Shown here piece after piece: positions 43,080-52,066 of a stretch of 62,735 nucleotides of DNA; positions within the stretch are counted from its first letter, which is position 1, and each line of letters begins with the position of its first letter. The position numbers were made by a program, and so were the translations under genes. The DNA comes from Patescibacteria group bacterium (GTDB lineage: Bacteria; Patescibacteriota; Patescibacteriia; JAXHNJ01): assembly GCA_043812155.1 (NCBI GenBank), contig JBDRMK010000007.1, positions 1-62,735 on the forward strand, read 5' to 3'. Under the pieces are notes generated by a model that saw only the letters and a list, made by a program, of their open reading frames with translations, was not told the origin of the DNA and did not search any database.

Positions 43080-43436
43080 ATGAGGAAAAAGAAAATAAAA
43101 AAATTAAAGAATAAAACCATCAAGCGGAAAAAAATATCCATCCGCAAAGAGACTTTTAGTCCCTCGACGATTGCCAATAACCAGCGGTCATTCACCAATT
43201 ACCGCGGCTTGTGCAAAGGCTGCGGTATCTGCATAGAGATCTGCCCTAAGAAATGCCTGAAATGGTCTAAAGAAGTCGGTTATTATAAAACTCCGGCGGT
43301 GGATTGCGATATAGAAAAATGCATCAGCTGCAAAACTTGCGAAACAAGATGTCCGGACGCGGCCATAAAAATTGAGAAGTTTGAAAGTGAAGAGCCTCTT
43401 TTAGCTGAACCGCCGAAGAAAAAATTGCTTAAATAA
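43080..43436 (+). CDS. 2-oxoacid:ferredoxin oxidoreductase delta subunit (2x[4Fe-4S] ferredoxin) with a Lys-rich N-terminal extension
   Basis: CKGCGICIEICP and CISCKTCETRCP. Confidence 0.85.
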   Translation: MRKKKIKKLKNKTIKRKKISIRKETFSPSTIANNQRSFTNYRGLCKGCGICIEICPKKCLKWSKEVGYYKTPAVDCDIEKCISCKTCETRCPDAAIKIEKFESEEPLLAEPPKKKLLK

Positions 43437-43437
43437 A

Positions 43438-43977
43438 ATGGCTTTGGCCGAAGATTTGAAAGCAAAGATCAGGAATATCCCCGATTGGCCGAAAAAGGGG
43501 ATTATTTTCCGTGATATCACGCCGTTATTAAAAGACAAGGAAGCTTTTAAAATAGCCGTGGATTGTCTAGCAAAACCCTACTTAAATCAAGGAATAACCA
43601 CGGTGGTGGGAATAGACGCCAGAGGCTTCATCCTTGCTTCGGCCGTCGCTTACCAAATCGCAGCCGGCCTGGTCTTGATCCGCAAAAAAGGAAAATTGCC
43701 CCATAAAACTATTGCCTGCGATTATTCCCTGGAATACGCCAGCAATACCTTAGAAATTCATGAGGATTCCATTAACCAGGGCGAAAAAATCCTACTCGTT
43801 GATGATTTGCTGGCCACCGGCGGGAGCATGGAAGCGACCATTCATTTGGTGGAAAAATTGGGCGGAAAAATAATGGGCATTTCTTTTTTGATTGAACTGA
43901 CGGATCTGGCCGGCCGGAAAAAATTAGGCGAATATCCCGTTAATTCATTAATCAAATTCAAAGAAGATGAAAAATAA
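43438..43977 (+). CDS. apt: adenine phosphoribosyltransferase
   Basis: IRNIPDWPKKGIIFRDITPLL and the PRPP loop LLVDDLLATGGS. Confidence 0.92.
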   Translation: MALAEDLKAKIRNIPDWPKKGIIFRDITPLLKDKEAFKIAVDCLAKPYLNQGITTVVGIDARGFILASAVAYQIAAGLVLIRKKGKLPHKTIACDYSLEYASNTLEIHEDSINQGEKILLVDDLLATGGSMEATIHLVEKLGGKIMGISFLIELTDLAGRKKLGEYPVNSLIKFKEDEK

Positions 43978-44767
43978 AGCGGAGATCGGAATTTTGGGCG
44001 GGACCGGTCTTTATGAATTAATAAAGGATCCCATTAAAGTTCAGGTAAAAACTCCTTATGGTTTTCCTTCCGCAAAAATCAGTTTAGGAAAAATCGCCGG
44101 CCGGTCTGTCGCTTTTATTCCCCGGCACGGCGAAAAGCATCAGTTTCCGCCCCATTCAATTCCTTATCTGGCTAATGTCTGGGCTTTGAAAAGCTTAGGG
44201 GTAAAGAGGATCATCGCGCCGGCGGCCGTGGGCAGTTTGAACTTTACGATCAAACCGGGAACTTTTGTTGTCTGCGACCAGTTTATTGATTGGACTGAAG
44301 GAAGATTGGATACATTTTATAACGGCCCCAAGACAGTGCATCTCGCGACCGCTGATCCTTACTGCCCCATTTTAAGGAAATCTGCCATCCAGTCCTGTAA
44401 AAAATTGAAGATAAAATGTTTGGAAAAGGGGACGGTGGTGGTTATCCAGGGCCCGCGATTTTCCACCCGGGCCGAAAGCCGGTTTTTTGCCAGACAAGGT
44501 TTTGATCTCATTAACATGACCCAGTACCCGGAAGTCATTTTGGCGCGTGAACTGGGCATTTGTTACGTGAATATTTCCTTGGTCACCGATTACGACGCCG
44601 GCTTGGAAGGCCATAAAGATTTCAAGCCGGTGAATTTTAAGGAGATCGTCAGAATTTTCAACGATAACGAGCAAAGAGTTAAAAAGTTAATTTATCTGAT
44701 GATCAAGAATCGGCCCGGAAAATTTGATTGCCATTGTGAAAAATACCTTAAAGAGGCGGCTAGATAA
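43967..44767 (+). CDS. mtnP: S-methyl-5'-thioadenosine phosphorylase
   Basis: IGILGGTGLY, FIPRHG..H..PPH.IPY.AN and NMTQYPE. Confidence 0.88.
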   Translation: MKNKAEIGILGGTGLYELIKDPIKVQVKTPYGFPSAKISLGKIAGRSVAFIPRHGEKHQFPPHSIPYLANVWALKSLGVKRIIAPAAVGSLNFTIKPGTFVVCDQFIDWTEGRLDTFYNGPKTVHLATADPYCPILRKSAIQSCKKLKIKCLEKGTVVVIQGPRFSTRAESRFFARQGFDLINMTQYPEVILARELGICYVNISLVTDYDAGLEGHKDFKPVNFKEIVRIFNDNEQRVKKLIYLMIKNRPGKFDCHCEKYLKEAAR

Positions 44768-44854
44768 ATATTTAGGCAGAATTCAATGATACTCTGATGA
44801 GAGAGTGTTTTTTTATTGCCAGAACTCTAAATTTGTGTTAATATTAACTCCAAT

Positions 44855-46573
44855 ATGGAAAAAAAGTGGCAGATCGCGCCGCCGATGCCGGCGGAATTCA
44901 AAAACGAATTTCCGGAGATCCATCCGGTTATTTTACAATTGCTTTATAATCGGGGGCTTTCTACCCAGGATAAAATTGACGAGTTTTTAAACCCGGATTA
45001 CGGCCAGGATCAGTATGATCCTTTTCTTTTCCGGGAAATGCAAAAGGCGGTTGACCGCATTTTTTTGGCCCTTAAAAAAGAGGAAAAGATCCTGGTTTAC
45101 GGCGATTATGACGCGGACGGCATCACGGCCACCGCGCTTTTGTATACGGTATTAAGGGATCTAAAAGCCAAGGATCTGCTGGTCTATATCCCTTACCGGC
45201 TTTCCGAAGGATATGGATTGAATGAAAAAGCGGTGGAAGAGATAAAAAAATGGGGCGTTAAATTGATCATTACCGTGGATTGCGGCATTGCCAACAAGAA
45301 CGAGGTCAGCCTGGTCAAAAAAAGCGGGATGGAGATCATCATTACCGACCATCATCATGAGCCCTTATATCCGCCCACTGACGCCTACGCCATCATTAAT
45401 CCTAAGGTGAAAGGAGAGACTTATCCCTTTAAAGACCTGGCCGGCGTCGGAGTGGCTTTTAAACTGGCTAAAGGCCTGATCCAGCAGGCCAAAAAATACG
45501 GCCGGGATCTAGGCCCGGCTTACGAGAAATGGCTGCTTGATCTGGTAACCATCGGAACGGTCACGGATTGCGTGGATGTTCTGGGAGAGAACAGAACAAT
45601 CATTAAGTACGGCTTGGTTGTTTTGAATAAAACCCGGCGTCTGGGCTTGAGGAAACTGATGGAAGTTTCAAAACTCTCGGCCGGCGATCTTCTGACCTGG
45701 AATATCTCTTTTCAGCTCGGCCCCCGCCTCAACGCCTCCGGCCGGCTTAATCACGCCTCGGCTTCTTATCAGCTGCTTTTATCCAGTGATGAAAAAGAAG
45801 CGGCTAAGCTGGCCCAAGACTTGGAAAAGACCAATCAGGAAAGGAAAAGCATAACCGAAAAAATATTGAACGAAGCGGAAAAACAGGTGGCCAAGCAAAG
45901 GAACAAAAAAGTTCTTTTTGCCATCGGCGACGGCTGGTCTATCGGCGTCGTGGGCCTGGTCGCCGGCAAGTTATCCGATGAGTATTATAAGCCGGCCATT
46001 GTGATGGGCCGCGAGGATTTTGAGATCGTGGGCTCCGGCCGCAGCATCGCGGAATTCGACATAATTTCCGCCATTGAAAAGATCAGCCAGTATTTTAGCC
46101 GTTTCGGCGGCCACGCCCAGGCCTGCGGTTTCACTCTGACGGGCGAGAAAAATTTAAAGAGTTTTCAAAAAGAAATAGAAAAAATAGCGGCCGACCAGTT
46201 AAAAGGCCTTGATCTGCAGCCCAAGATTCATATTGAAAGCGAGATCAGCTTGGAGGCGATTGACTATGATCTACTGACGGAGCTTTCCAAATTCGAGCCT
46301 TTCGGTTCGGGCAACGAGCGGCCGAAATTCCTGCTGAAAGATCTTTCAGTCGTCGGTATAGAAAAAGTCGGCGCCAAGACCCAGCATTTGCGGCTGATGG
46401 TCAGCCAAAAAGAGAACTTGGTCCGCAAATGCATCGGTTTTTCTTTGGCCGAGACTCATGGTAAACTTAATGTCGGCGACACCATTGACCTGGTCGGGGA
46501 GGCTTCTTTTAACGACTGGAACGGGATGAAGGAAATACAGATAAAGATCTGTGATTTAAAAATAAAAACATGA
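44855..46573 (+). CDS. recJ: single-stranded-DNA-specific exonuclease RecJ
   Basis: DHH-family motifs YGDYDADG, TVDCG, ITDHH and a DHHA1 region. Confidence 0.9.
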   Translation: MEKKWQIAPPMPAEFKNEFPEIHPVILQLLYNRGLSTQDKIDEFLNPDYGQDQYDPFLFREMQKAVDRIFLALKKEEKILVYGDYDADGITATALLYTVLRDLKAKDLLVYIPYRLSEGYGLNEKAVEEIKKWGVKLIITVDCGIANKNEVSLVKKSGMEIIITDHHHEPLYPPTDAYAIINPKVKGETYPFKDLAGVGVAFKLAKGLIQQAKKYGRDLGPAYEKWLLDLVTIGTVTDCVDVLGENRTIIKYGLVVLNKTRRLGLRKLMEVSKLSAGDLLTWNISFQLGPRLNASGRLNHASASYQLLLSSDEKEAAKLAQDLEKTNQERKSITEKILNEAEKQVAKQRNKKVLFAIGDGWSIGVVGLVAGKLSDEYYKPAIVMGREDFEIVGSGRSIAEFDIISAIEKISQYFSRFGGHAQACGFTLTGEKNLKSFQKEIEKIAADQLKGLDLQPKIHIESEISLEAIDYDLLTELSKFEPFGSGNERPKFLLKDLSVVGIEKVGAKTQHLRLMVSQKENLVRKCIGFSLAETHGKLNVGDTIDLVGEASFNDWNGMKEIQIKICDLKIKT

Positions 46574-46977
46574 TGAAAAAAACCGCGGAAATTTTCACGG
46601 ACGGCGGCTCCAGGGGCAATCCGGGCCCGTCTGGTCTCGGGGTGGTCATTTGGCAGGGCCATCAATTGCTTGGCCGTTTTAAAAAATATATCGGCGAGGG
46701 AACCAATAATCAGGCGGAATACCAGGCGATTTATTTCGGCCTGCAAAAAGCCCAGGAATTAGGGATACAGGAAGCACATTGTTTTTTGGACAGCGAACTG
46801 GTGGTCAACCAGTTGAACATGAATTATAAGGTGAAAAACAAGGAACTGGCTCCCTGGTTTGTAAAAATCTGGAATCTGCGCCAGTCATTCAAGAAAATAA
46901 CCTTCACTTATATCCCGCGGGAAAAAAATACAGAAGCTGACAAGCTGGTCAATGAGGCGATTGACGAGAAAAAATAG
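46570..46977 (+). CDS. rnhA: ribonuclease HI family protein
   Basis: FTDGGSRGNPGPSG, NNQAEY, DSELVVNQ and N.EADKLVNEA carry the DEDD-type residues. Confidence 0.85.
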   Translation: MMKKTAEIFTDGGSRGNPGPSGLGVVIWQGHQLLGRFKKYIGEGTNNQAEYQAIYFGLQKAQELGIQEAHCFLDSELVVNQLNMNYKVKNKELAPWFVKIWNLRQSFKKITFTYIPREKNTEADKLVNEAIDEKK

Positions 46978-47062
46978 CTTTAATAAATAAGTAAATAATG
47001 CTGCCTTTTATTGGCAGTTTTTATATTGACAAAATCCTTGTTTTAGGTTAAAGTATTAATTG

Positions 47063-47756
47063 CCTAAGTAAACCGGATGATCGCCCGCCTTCGCTCTGCG
47101 CTTTACGCTTGAGCTACGGCGGGCAAGCCCCTTTTTTTAGAGAAATAAGGGGGCCTGCCCGCCGAAGCCCGAAGTGAAACGTAGGGCGAAGGCGGGAGGA
47201 AAGTCCGAACACCTCTTTCGCCAGTTTTTGGCGAAAGAACAACGATAGTTCTTAACAAGAACCGAAGGGTAAGTGGTCAAAACGCTCGCGCGAATTTTTG
47301 ACGCTTTGCTTTTTAGGGAAAGTGCAACAGAAACATACCGCCGCAAGCCCTATTCACTTATCGGGGCTGGCAAGGGTGAAATCGTGTCCTCCTTCGTCTT
47401 CCTACGGAAGACTATGGCGGATTCTCCGAAACCAAACGCATTCTGTATCATCTTTGTTTTACAAGGATTGATACTCCGAAGCCTTGGCGAAGGAGTAAGG
47501 TAAGAGCTCACGCTTTTCCAAGGTGACTTGGAAAAGGGGAAAACCCTATCGGGTGCAAGACCAAAGTTATTTCCGGTTAAAATTTAGCCGGGGATGGGTA
47601 GGTCGCATGACTCCGGCCGCAAGGCCAGGGGCAAGAGAGATGATCATCCTGCCTTCGTCAAGACTTCGGCAGGCAAGCCCTCTTATTTTAAGGAGGGACT
47701 TGTCCACCGTAGCCTTGGCGAAGGTGGACAGAATTCGGCTTATAGGTTTACTTAGG
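47063..47756 (+). ncRNA. rnpB: RNase P RNA (bacterial type), unusually long because of GC-rich hairpin insertions
   Basis: P1 cctaagtaaacc/ggtttacttagg. Conserved blocks GGAGGAAAGTCCGAACAC (47196), AGTGCAACAGAAACATACCGCC, GGGTGAAA, GGTAAGAGCTCACG and ACAGAATTCGGCTTATAGG (47728). Confidence 0.85.
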
Positions 47757-47775
47757 CATTTTTAATAGAATTTTT

Positions 47776-49167
47776 ATGAAAAAATCTGAGCTAATTTTTT
47801 CCGCGGTATTGGTGCCCATAGATTATCTAATGATTTTAGCGGCGGGTCTTTTTGCCTATTATTTGCGTTTTCAATCGGCACTGACCGATCTGCGTGAAGT
47901 TTTTTATGAAATGAGTCTGGAGCATTATTTCATAATTTTAAGTCTGACAGGAATCGTCTGGCTGGGTGTTTTTGCCGTTTCCGGGCTTTATAATATCCGC
48001 GGCACCCGCAAAGCGATTGACGAGCTGGCCCGAATTTTTATCGCCTGCTCGACCACGGTCATGTTGATCATTATCGTGATCTTTTTCCAGCGCGAATTTT
48101 TTTCTTCGCGCTTTATTATTCTGTCCGGCTGGGTATTAAGCATTATTTTTGTCTCCTTGGGCCGGATATTGATTCGGGCCTTTCAGCATTCATTATTTAG
48201 AAAAGGTGTTGGCGTTCACAACGTGTTGATTATCGGCCGGGACAATAATACGGACCAAGTGGTAAAACAAATTCACCTTAAGCCCTTACTAGGCTATAAA
48301 ATCATCAATCATTGGCAAAATTTTGATGACGAAAAACTAAAATTAGCCGAAGTCATGGCACAAAATCAAGCCATTGACGAAATTATACAAGCTGATTCAA
48401 ATTTACCCAGAGAAGAGGTATTAAGACTGATTGATTTTTGCAATAATTATCATCTCGTCTATAAATACGCGGCGGGTTTCGCCGAGGCGCAAACAGTTCA
48501 CCTGGAAGTAAATACTTTGGCCGGTATACCGATTGTCGAAGTGAAAAGAACGCCACTGGATGGCTGGGGCAAGATACTTAAAAGAGTTTTTGATATCGTA
48601 TTTTCCCTGTTTGTTTTGATAGTATTATCTCCCGTATTTATCCTCGTCGCCTTGGTCGTAAAATTGGATTCGAGCGGCCCGGTTTTCGCCCGTTTGGAGC
48701 GGATCGGCGAGAGCGGGCGTCCTTTTATTCTCTTTAAATTTCGGTCCATGATAAAGAACGCTCATGACCTAAAGAAGAATCTCGTTGCTTTAAACGAAAG
48801 GAAAGACGGCCCTCTTTTTAAGATTAAAAATGATCCCCGGATAACGCGAGTCGGCGGTTTTATCCGCAAAACAAGTTTGGATGAGCTACCCCAGTTTTTT
48901 AACGTTTTAAAAGGGGAAATGAGCGTGGTCGGACCCCGTCCTCATGAACCGGAAGAAGTGGCCCAATATCAGAAAAATCACCGTAAATTGCTCGCCATTA
49001 AGCCGGGCATTTCAGGTCTGGCCCAGATTTCCGGCCGATCAGACCTTGTTTTTGAGGAAGAGGCAAAATTAGACATTTATTATATTGAAAACTGGTCATT
49101 TAGCCTTGATCTGCAGATAATCATCAGAACCCCTTTTGTCGTATTATCAACTAAATCCGCCGGCTGA
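47776..49167 (+). CDS. polyprenyl glycosylphosphotransferase (WbaP/EpsB-type sugar transferase)
   Basis: Several N-terminal TM segments. C-terminal bacterial sugar transferase domain ([37 protein letters not shown]). Confidence 0.88.
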   Translation: MKKSELIFSAVLVPIDYLMILAAGLFAYYLRFQSALTDLREVFYEMSLEHYFIILSLTGIVWLGVFAVSGLYNIRGTRKAIDELARIFIACSTTVMLIIIVIFFQREFFSSRFIILSGWVLSIIFVSLGRILIRAFQHSLFRKGVGVHNVLIIGRDNNTDQVVKQIHLKPLLGYKIINHWQNFDDEKLKLAEVMAQNQAIDEIIQADSNLPREEVLRLIDFCNNYHLVYKYAAGFAEAQTVHLEVNTLAGIPIVEVKRTPLDGWGKILKRVFDIVFSLFVLIVLSPVFILVALVVKLDSSGPVFARLERIGESGRPFILFKFRSMIKNAHDLKKNLVALNERKDGPLFKIKNDPRITRVGGFIRKTSLDELPQFFNVLKGEMSVVGPRPHEPEEVAQYQKNHRKLLAIKPGISGLAQISGRSDLVFEEEAKLDIYYIENWSFSLDLQIIIRTPFVVLSTKSAG

Positions 49168-49174
49168 ATATTTT

Positions 49175-50281
49175 ATGAAGATCGCTTTAGTCCATGAACA
49201 TCTGGCTCAAGACGGGGGAGCGGAAAAGGTTCTGAAGATTTTTCAGGATATATACCCTGAGGCTCCGACCTATACTCTTGTTTATGACAAAAAAATGGCG
49301 AATCCCGATTTTTTAGGCAAGGATATAAGGACTTCTTTTTTGCAGAAAATACCCCTGGGAGTGAAAAAATATAAATGGCTCTTGCTTTTAATGCCGACGG
49401 CGGTAGAAGGATATGATCTGTCAGAATATGACGTGGTTTTATCCTCTGCCTCGGCCTTTGCCAAGGGGGTAATTACCTTGCCAAAAACGGTGCATATCTG
49501 TTATTGTCATTCGCCCACCCGTTATTTATGGAGTGACACTCATTCATACGTGGGCGAACTTCCTTTCAGCCGGTTGATCAAAAAAATCATCCCTTATTAT
49601 CTTACTCGTTTGAGAACCTGGGATAGGCTGGCGGCCGACCGGGTGGACGAATTTATCGCTAATTCCCGGACCATCCAGAAAAGGATCTATAAGTATTATC
49701 GCCGTGATTCAAGCGTTATTCTGCCGCCGGTGGAAACCACTCAATTCGCTTTGAGCGACAAGGTGGATAATTATTACCTGATCGGCGGCCGTTTGGTCGC
49801 TTATAAAAGGTATGATCTGGCGATCAAGGCTTTTTCCAAATTGGGCATTCCTTTGAAGGTTTTTGGCGAAGGCCCGGAATTTGATAAATTGCGGGAGAAC
49901 GCGAAATCAAACATTGAATTTTTAGGCAAGGTTTCGGCGGATGAGCTGAAAAAACTTTATAGCCACTGTCTCGCTTTCTTGCACCCGCAGGAGGAGGATT
50001 TTGGCATTACGGCCGTGGAAGCGATGGCCTCCGGCCGGCCAGTGATCGCTTACGCCGCGGGCGGCGCCTTGGAAACGGTTATAGAGGGCCAAACCGGGGT
50101 CTTTTTCGACGATCAGGAATGGGAAGCATTGGCCGACGCGGTCATTCGCTTTAAGCCGGAGAATTTTAAATCCGCCGCTATAAAACAGCACGCTTATGAA
50201 TTTGACACGGCCAAATTTAAGGAGAAAATCAAAAATTACGTTGAGCAATCTTTTCAAAAATATCAAGAGAAAATTAAATAA
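49175..50281 (+). CDS. glycosyltransferase (GT4-like)
   Basis: MKIALVHEHL start. E(x7)E-type region FLHPQEEDFGITAVEAMASGRPVIA. Confidence 0.85.
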   Translation: MKIALVHEHLAQDGGAEKVLKIFQDIYPEAPTYTLVYDKKMANPDFLGKDIRTSFLQKIPLGVKKYKWLLLLMPTAVEGYDLSEYDVVLSSASAFAKGVITLPKTVHICYCHSPTRYLWSDTHSYVGELPFSRLIKKIIPYYLTRLRTWDRLAADRVDEFIANSRTIQKRIYKYYRRDSSVILPPVETTQFALSDKVDNYYLIGGRLVAYKRYDLAIKAFSKLGIPLKVFGEGPEFDKLRENAKSNIEFLGKVSADELKKLYSHCLAFLHPQEEDFGITAVEAMASGRPVIAYAAGGALETVIEGQTGVFFDDQEWEALADAVIRFKPENFKSAAIKQHAYEFDTAKFKEKIKNYVEQSFQKYQEKIK

Positions 50282-50293
50282 AGGATAAAATTT

Positions 50294-50923
50294 ATGGAAT
50301 TGAAAGAATATTTTTCCGTGGTAAACAAATACAAATTCTTGGTAATTTTTATTTTGTTGTTGGCGGGAATATCCGCTTTTTTATTAAGTTTTTTTAAGCC
50401 GGCAGTTTATGACGCTTCAGTTTCTTTTGCCGTCAACCGGATAAATCGGGAAATAACCACCCAGTATGAATATGACGGTTATTATGCCATTCAGGCTTCT
50501 GACCTGGTTTCTCAAACGGTGGTCAGCTGGTTTTCCACGCCTTCCGTGGTCAAGGAGATATACGCCGAAGCAGGAATCAATCCGGACTTGGATTCATTGA
50601 ATGAATACGCCAATCTTTTTAACACAAAAAAATACTCCGGGCAGAATATCGGCGTGAAGTTCACGATGGCGGAAAAAAGCACGGCTGAGAAGTTGGCCTT
50701 GGCCATGATTGACGTCATTAGTAAAAAAGTTGCCGACCTTAACAAGACCGCAGATACAAAAGCGCTTTTTGAGGCCGTGGCTTCACCGGTCGTAATTGTT
50801 ACCAACAAGCCAAAGGTTTTTTTAATCACGCTGATTGGTTCGACGTCCGGCCTGATCATTGGTTTATTCCTCGCTTATTTTATTTATTACTTAAAGTCAG
50901 AAAAAAAAGAAAGCCACTATTAA
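50294..50923 (+). CDS. Wzz/polysaccharide chain-length-determinant-like protein
   Basis: TM segments at both ends with a periplasmic-type middle part; EPS context. Confidence 0.55.
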   Translation: MELKEYFSVVNKYKFLVIFILLLAGISAFLLSFFKPAVYDASVSFAVNRINREITTQYEYDGYYAIQASDLVSQTVVSWFSTPSVVKEIYAEAGINPDLDSLNEYANLFNTKKYSGQNIGVKFTMAEKSTAEKLALAMIDVISKKVADLNKTADTKALFEAVASPVVIVTNKPKVFLITLIGSTSGLIIGLFLAYFIYYLKSEKKESHY

Positions 50924-50926
50924 TTT

Positions 50927-52066
50927 ATGCGGATCGGCATTGACGCCCGTTTTTACGGCCCATTGACCAAGGGGCTAGGGCGTTATAGTGAAAAATTGAT
51001 TCAGTATTTGCAGGAATTGGACCACCAGAATGAGTATGTTATTTTTTTGAGGAAGGAGACTTGGGAAAAATTTCAGCCGAAGAACGCCAATTTCAAAAAA
51101 GTCTTGGCCGATTTTCGCTGGTATTCTCTGGCGGAGCAGATTAAAATGCCGGGTCTGATAAAAAAACAACACTTGGATCTAATGCATTTTCCGCATTTCA
51201 ACGTCCCGTTATTATATCGGGATAAGTTTGTCGTCACTATCCACGATCTTATATTAACTCATTTTCCCACCCAACGGGCCTCCACTTTAAGTCCTTTAGT
51301 CTATTGGCTGAAACATTTGGCTTACCGGCTCGTGATCCGACGAGCGGTGAAAAAAGCGGCCAGGATCATTACCATTTCCCAATATTCCAAAAAACAGATT
51401 ATTGCCAATTTCGGAGTGGCTCAAAATAAAATCGCGGTCACTTACGAAGCGACCAGTGATTTCAAGCCGACGCCGGCCAAAGTTTCCGAGGAGGATTTTT
51501 CCCTTAAATACAAGATCCAAAAGCCATATCTTTTGTACGTTGGCAACGCTTATCCCCACAAAAATTTAGAAAGATTAATTTCCGTGTTTAAGACTCTGGT
51601 CCAGGAGAAAAGCCTTGACTTGAAGCTGGTCTTTGTCGGCAAGCTGGATTATTTTTACACCCGATTGCAAAATCTGGTCAATGAATTAAAATTAGACCAT
51701 AAGGTGTATTTCTTGGGTTATGTCGAGGATGAAGAACTTAAATTTTTGTATCAGAATGCCTTGCTTTACGTTTTTCCTTCTCTTGAGGAAGGATTTGGCT
51801 TGCCGCCTTTGGAGGCGATGACCCAAGGCCTGCCTGTGGTGTCAAGCAAAGCTTCCTGTTTGCCGGAAATATTGAATGAAGCGGCTTACTACTTTGATCC
51901 GAAAAGCGAGAAAGAAATGGCTGAGGCGATTATTAAAATGACTAGTGATGGAAGTTTGAGAAATAATTATAAAGCTAAAGGAATTAACCAGGTAAAAAAG
52001 TACGCATGGCCGGTTTTGGCCCGAGAGACCTTAGAGATTTATCAATCAGCCATAAATAACCGATGA
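50927..52066 (+). CDS. glycosyltransferase (GT4-like)
   Basis: VFPSLEEGFGLPPLEAMTQGLPVVSS. Confidence 0.85.
   Translation: MRIGIDARFYGPLTKGLGRYSEKLIQYLQELDHQNEYVIFLRKETWEKFQPKNANFKKVLADFRWYSLAEQIKMPGLIKKQHLDLMHFPHFNVPLLYRDKFVVTIHDLILTHFPTQRASTLSPLVYWLKHLAYRLVIRRAVKKAARIITISQYSKKQIIANFGVAQNKIAVTYEATSDFKPTPAKVSEEDFSLKYKIQKPYLLYVGNAYPHKNLERLISVFKTLVQEKSLDLKLVFVGKLDYFYTRLQNLVNELKLDHKVYFLGYVEDEELKFLYQNALLYVFPSLEEGFGLPPLEAMTQGLPVVSSKASCLPEILNEAAYYFDPKSEKEMAEAIIKMTSDGSLRNNYKAKGINQVKKYAWPVLARETLEIYQSAINNR

Noticed and set aside
44805-44990. 61-aa ORF overlapping the recJ start
   Set aside because: It overlaps recJ out of frame and its Arg/Ser-rich sequence is not protein-like.
47137-47765. Three ORFs from the track: 47137-47346 (minus strand), 47273-47503 (plus strand) and 47523-47765 (plus strand)
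   Set aside because: They lie entirely inside the RNase P RNA, whose conserved blocks and closing P1 helix are recognisable. There are no RBS, and the frames stay open only because of the G+C-rich inserts.
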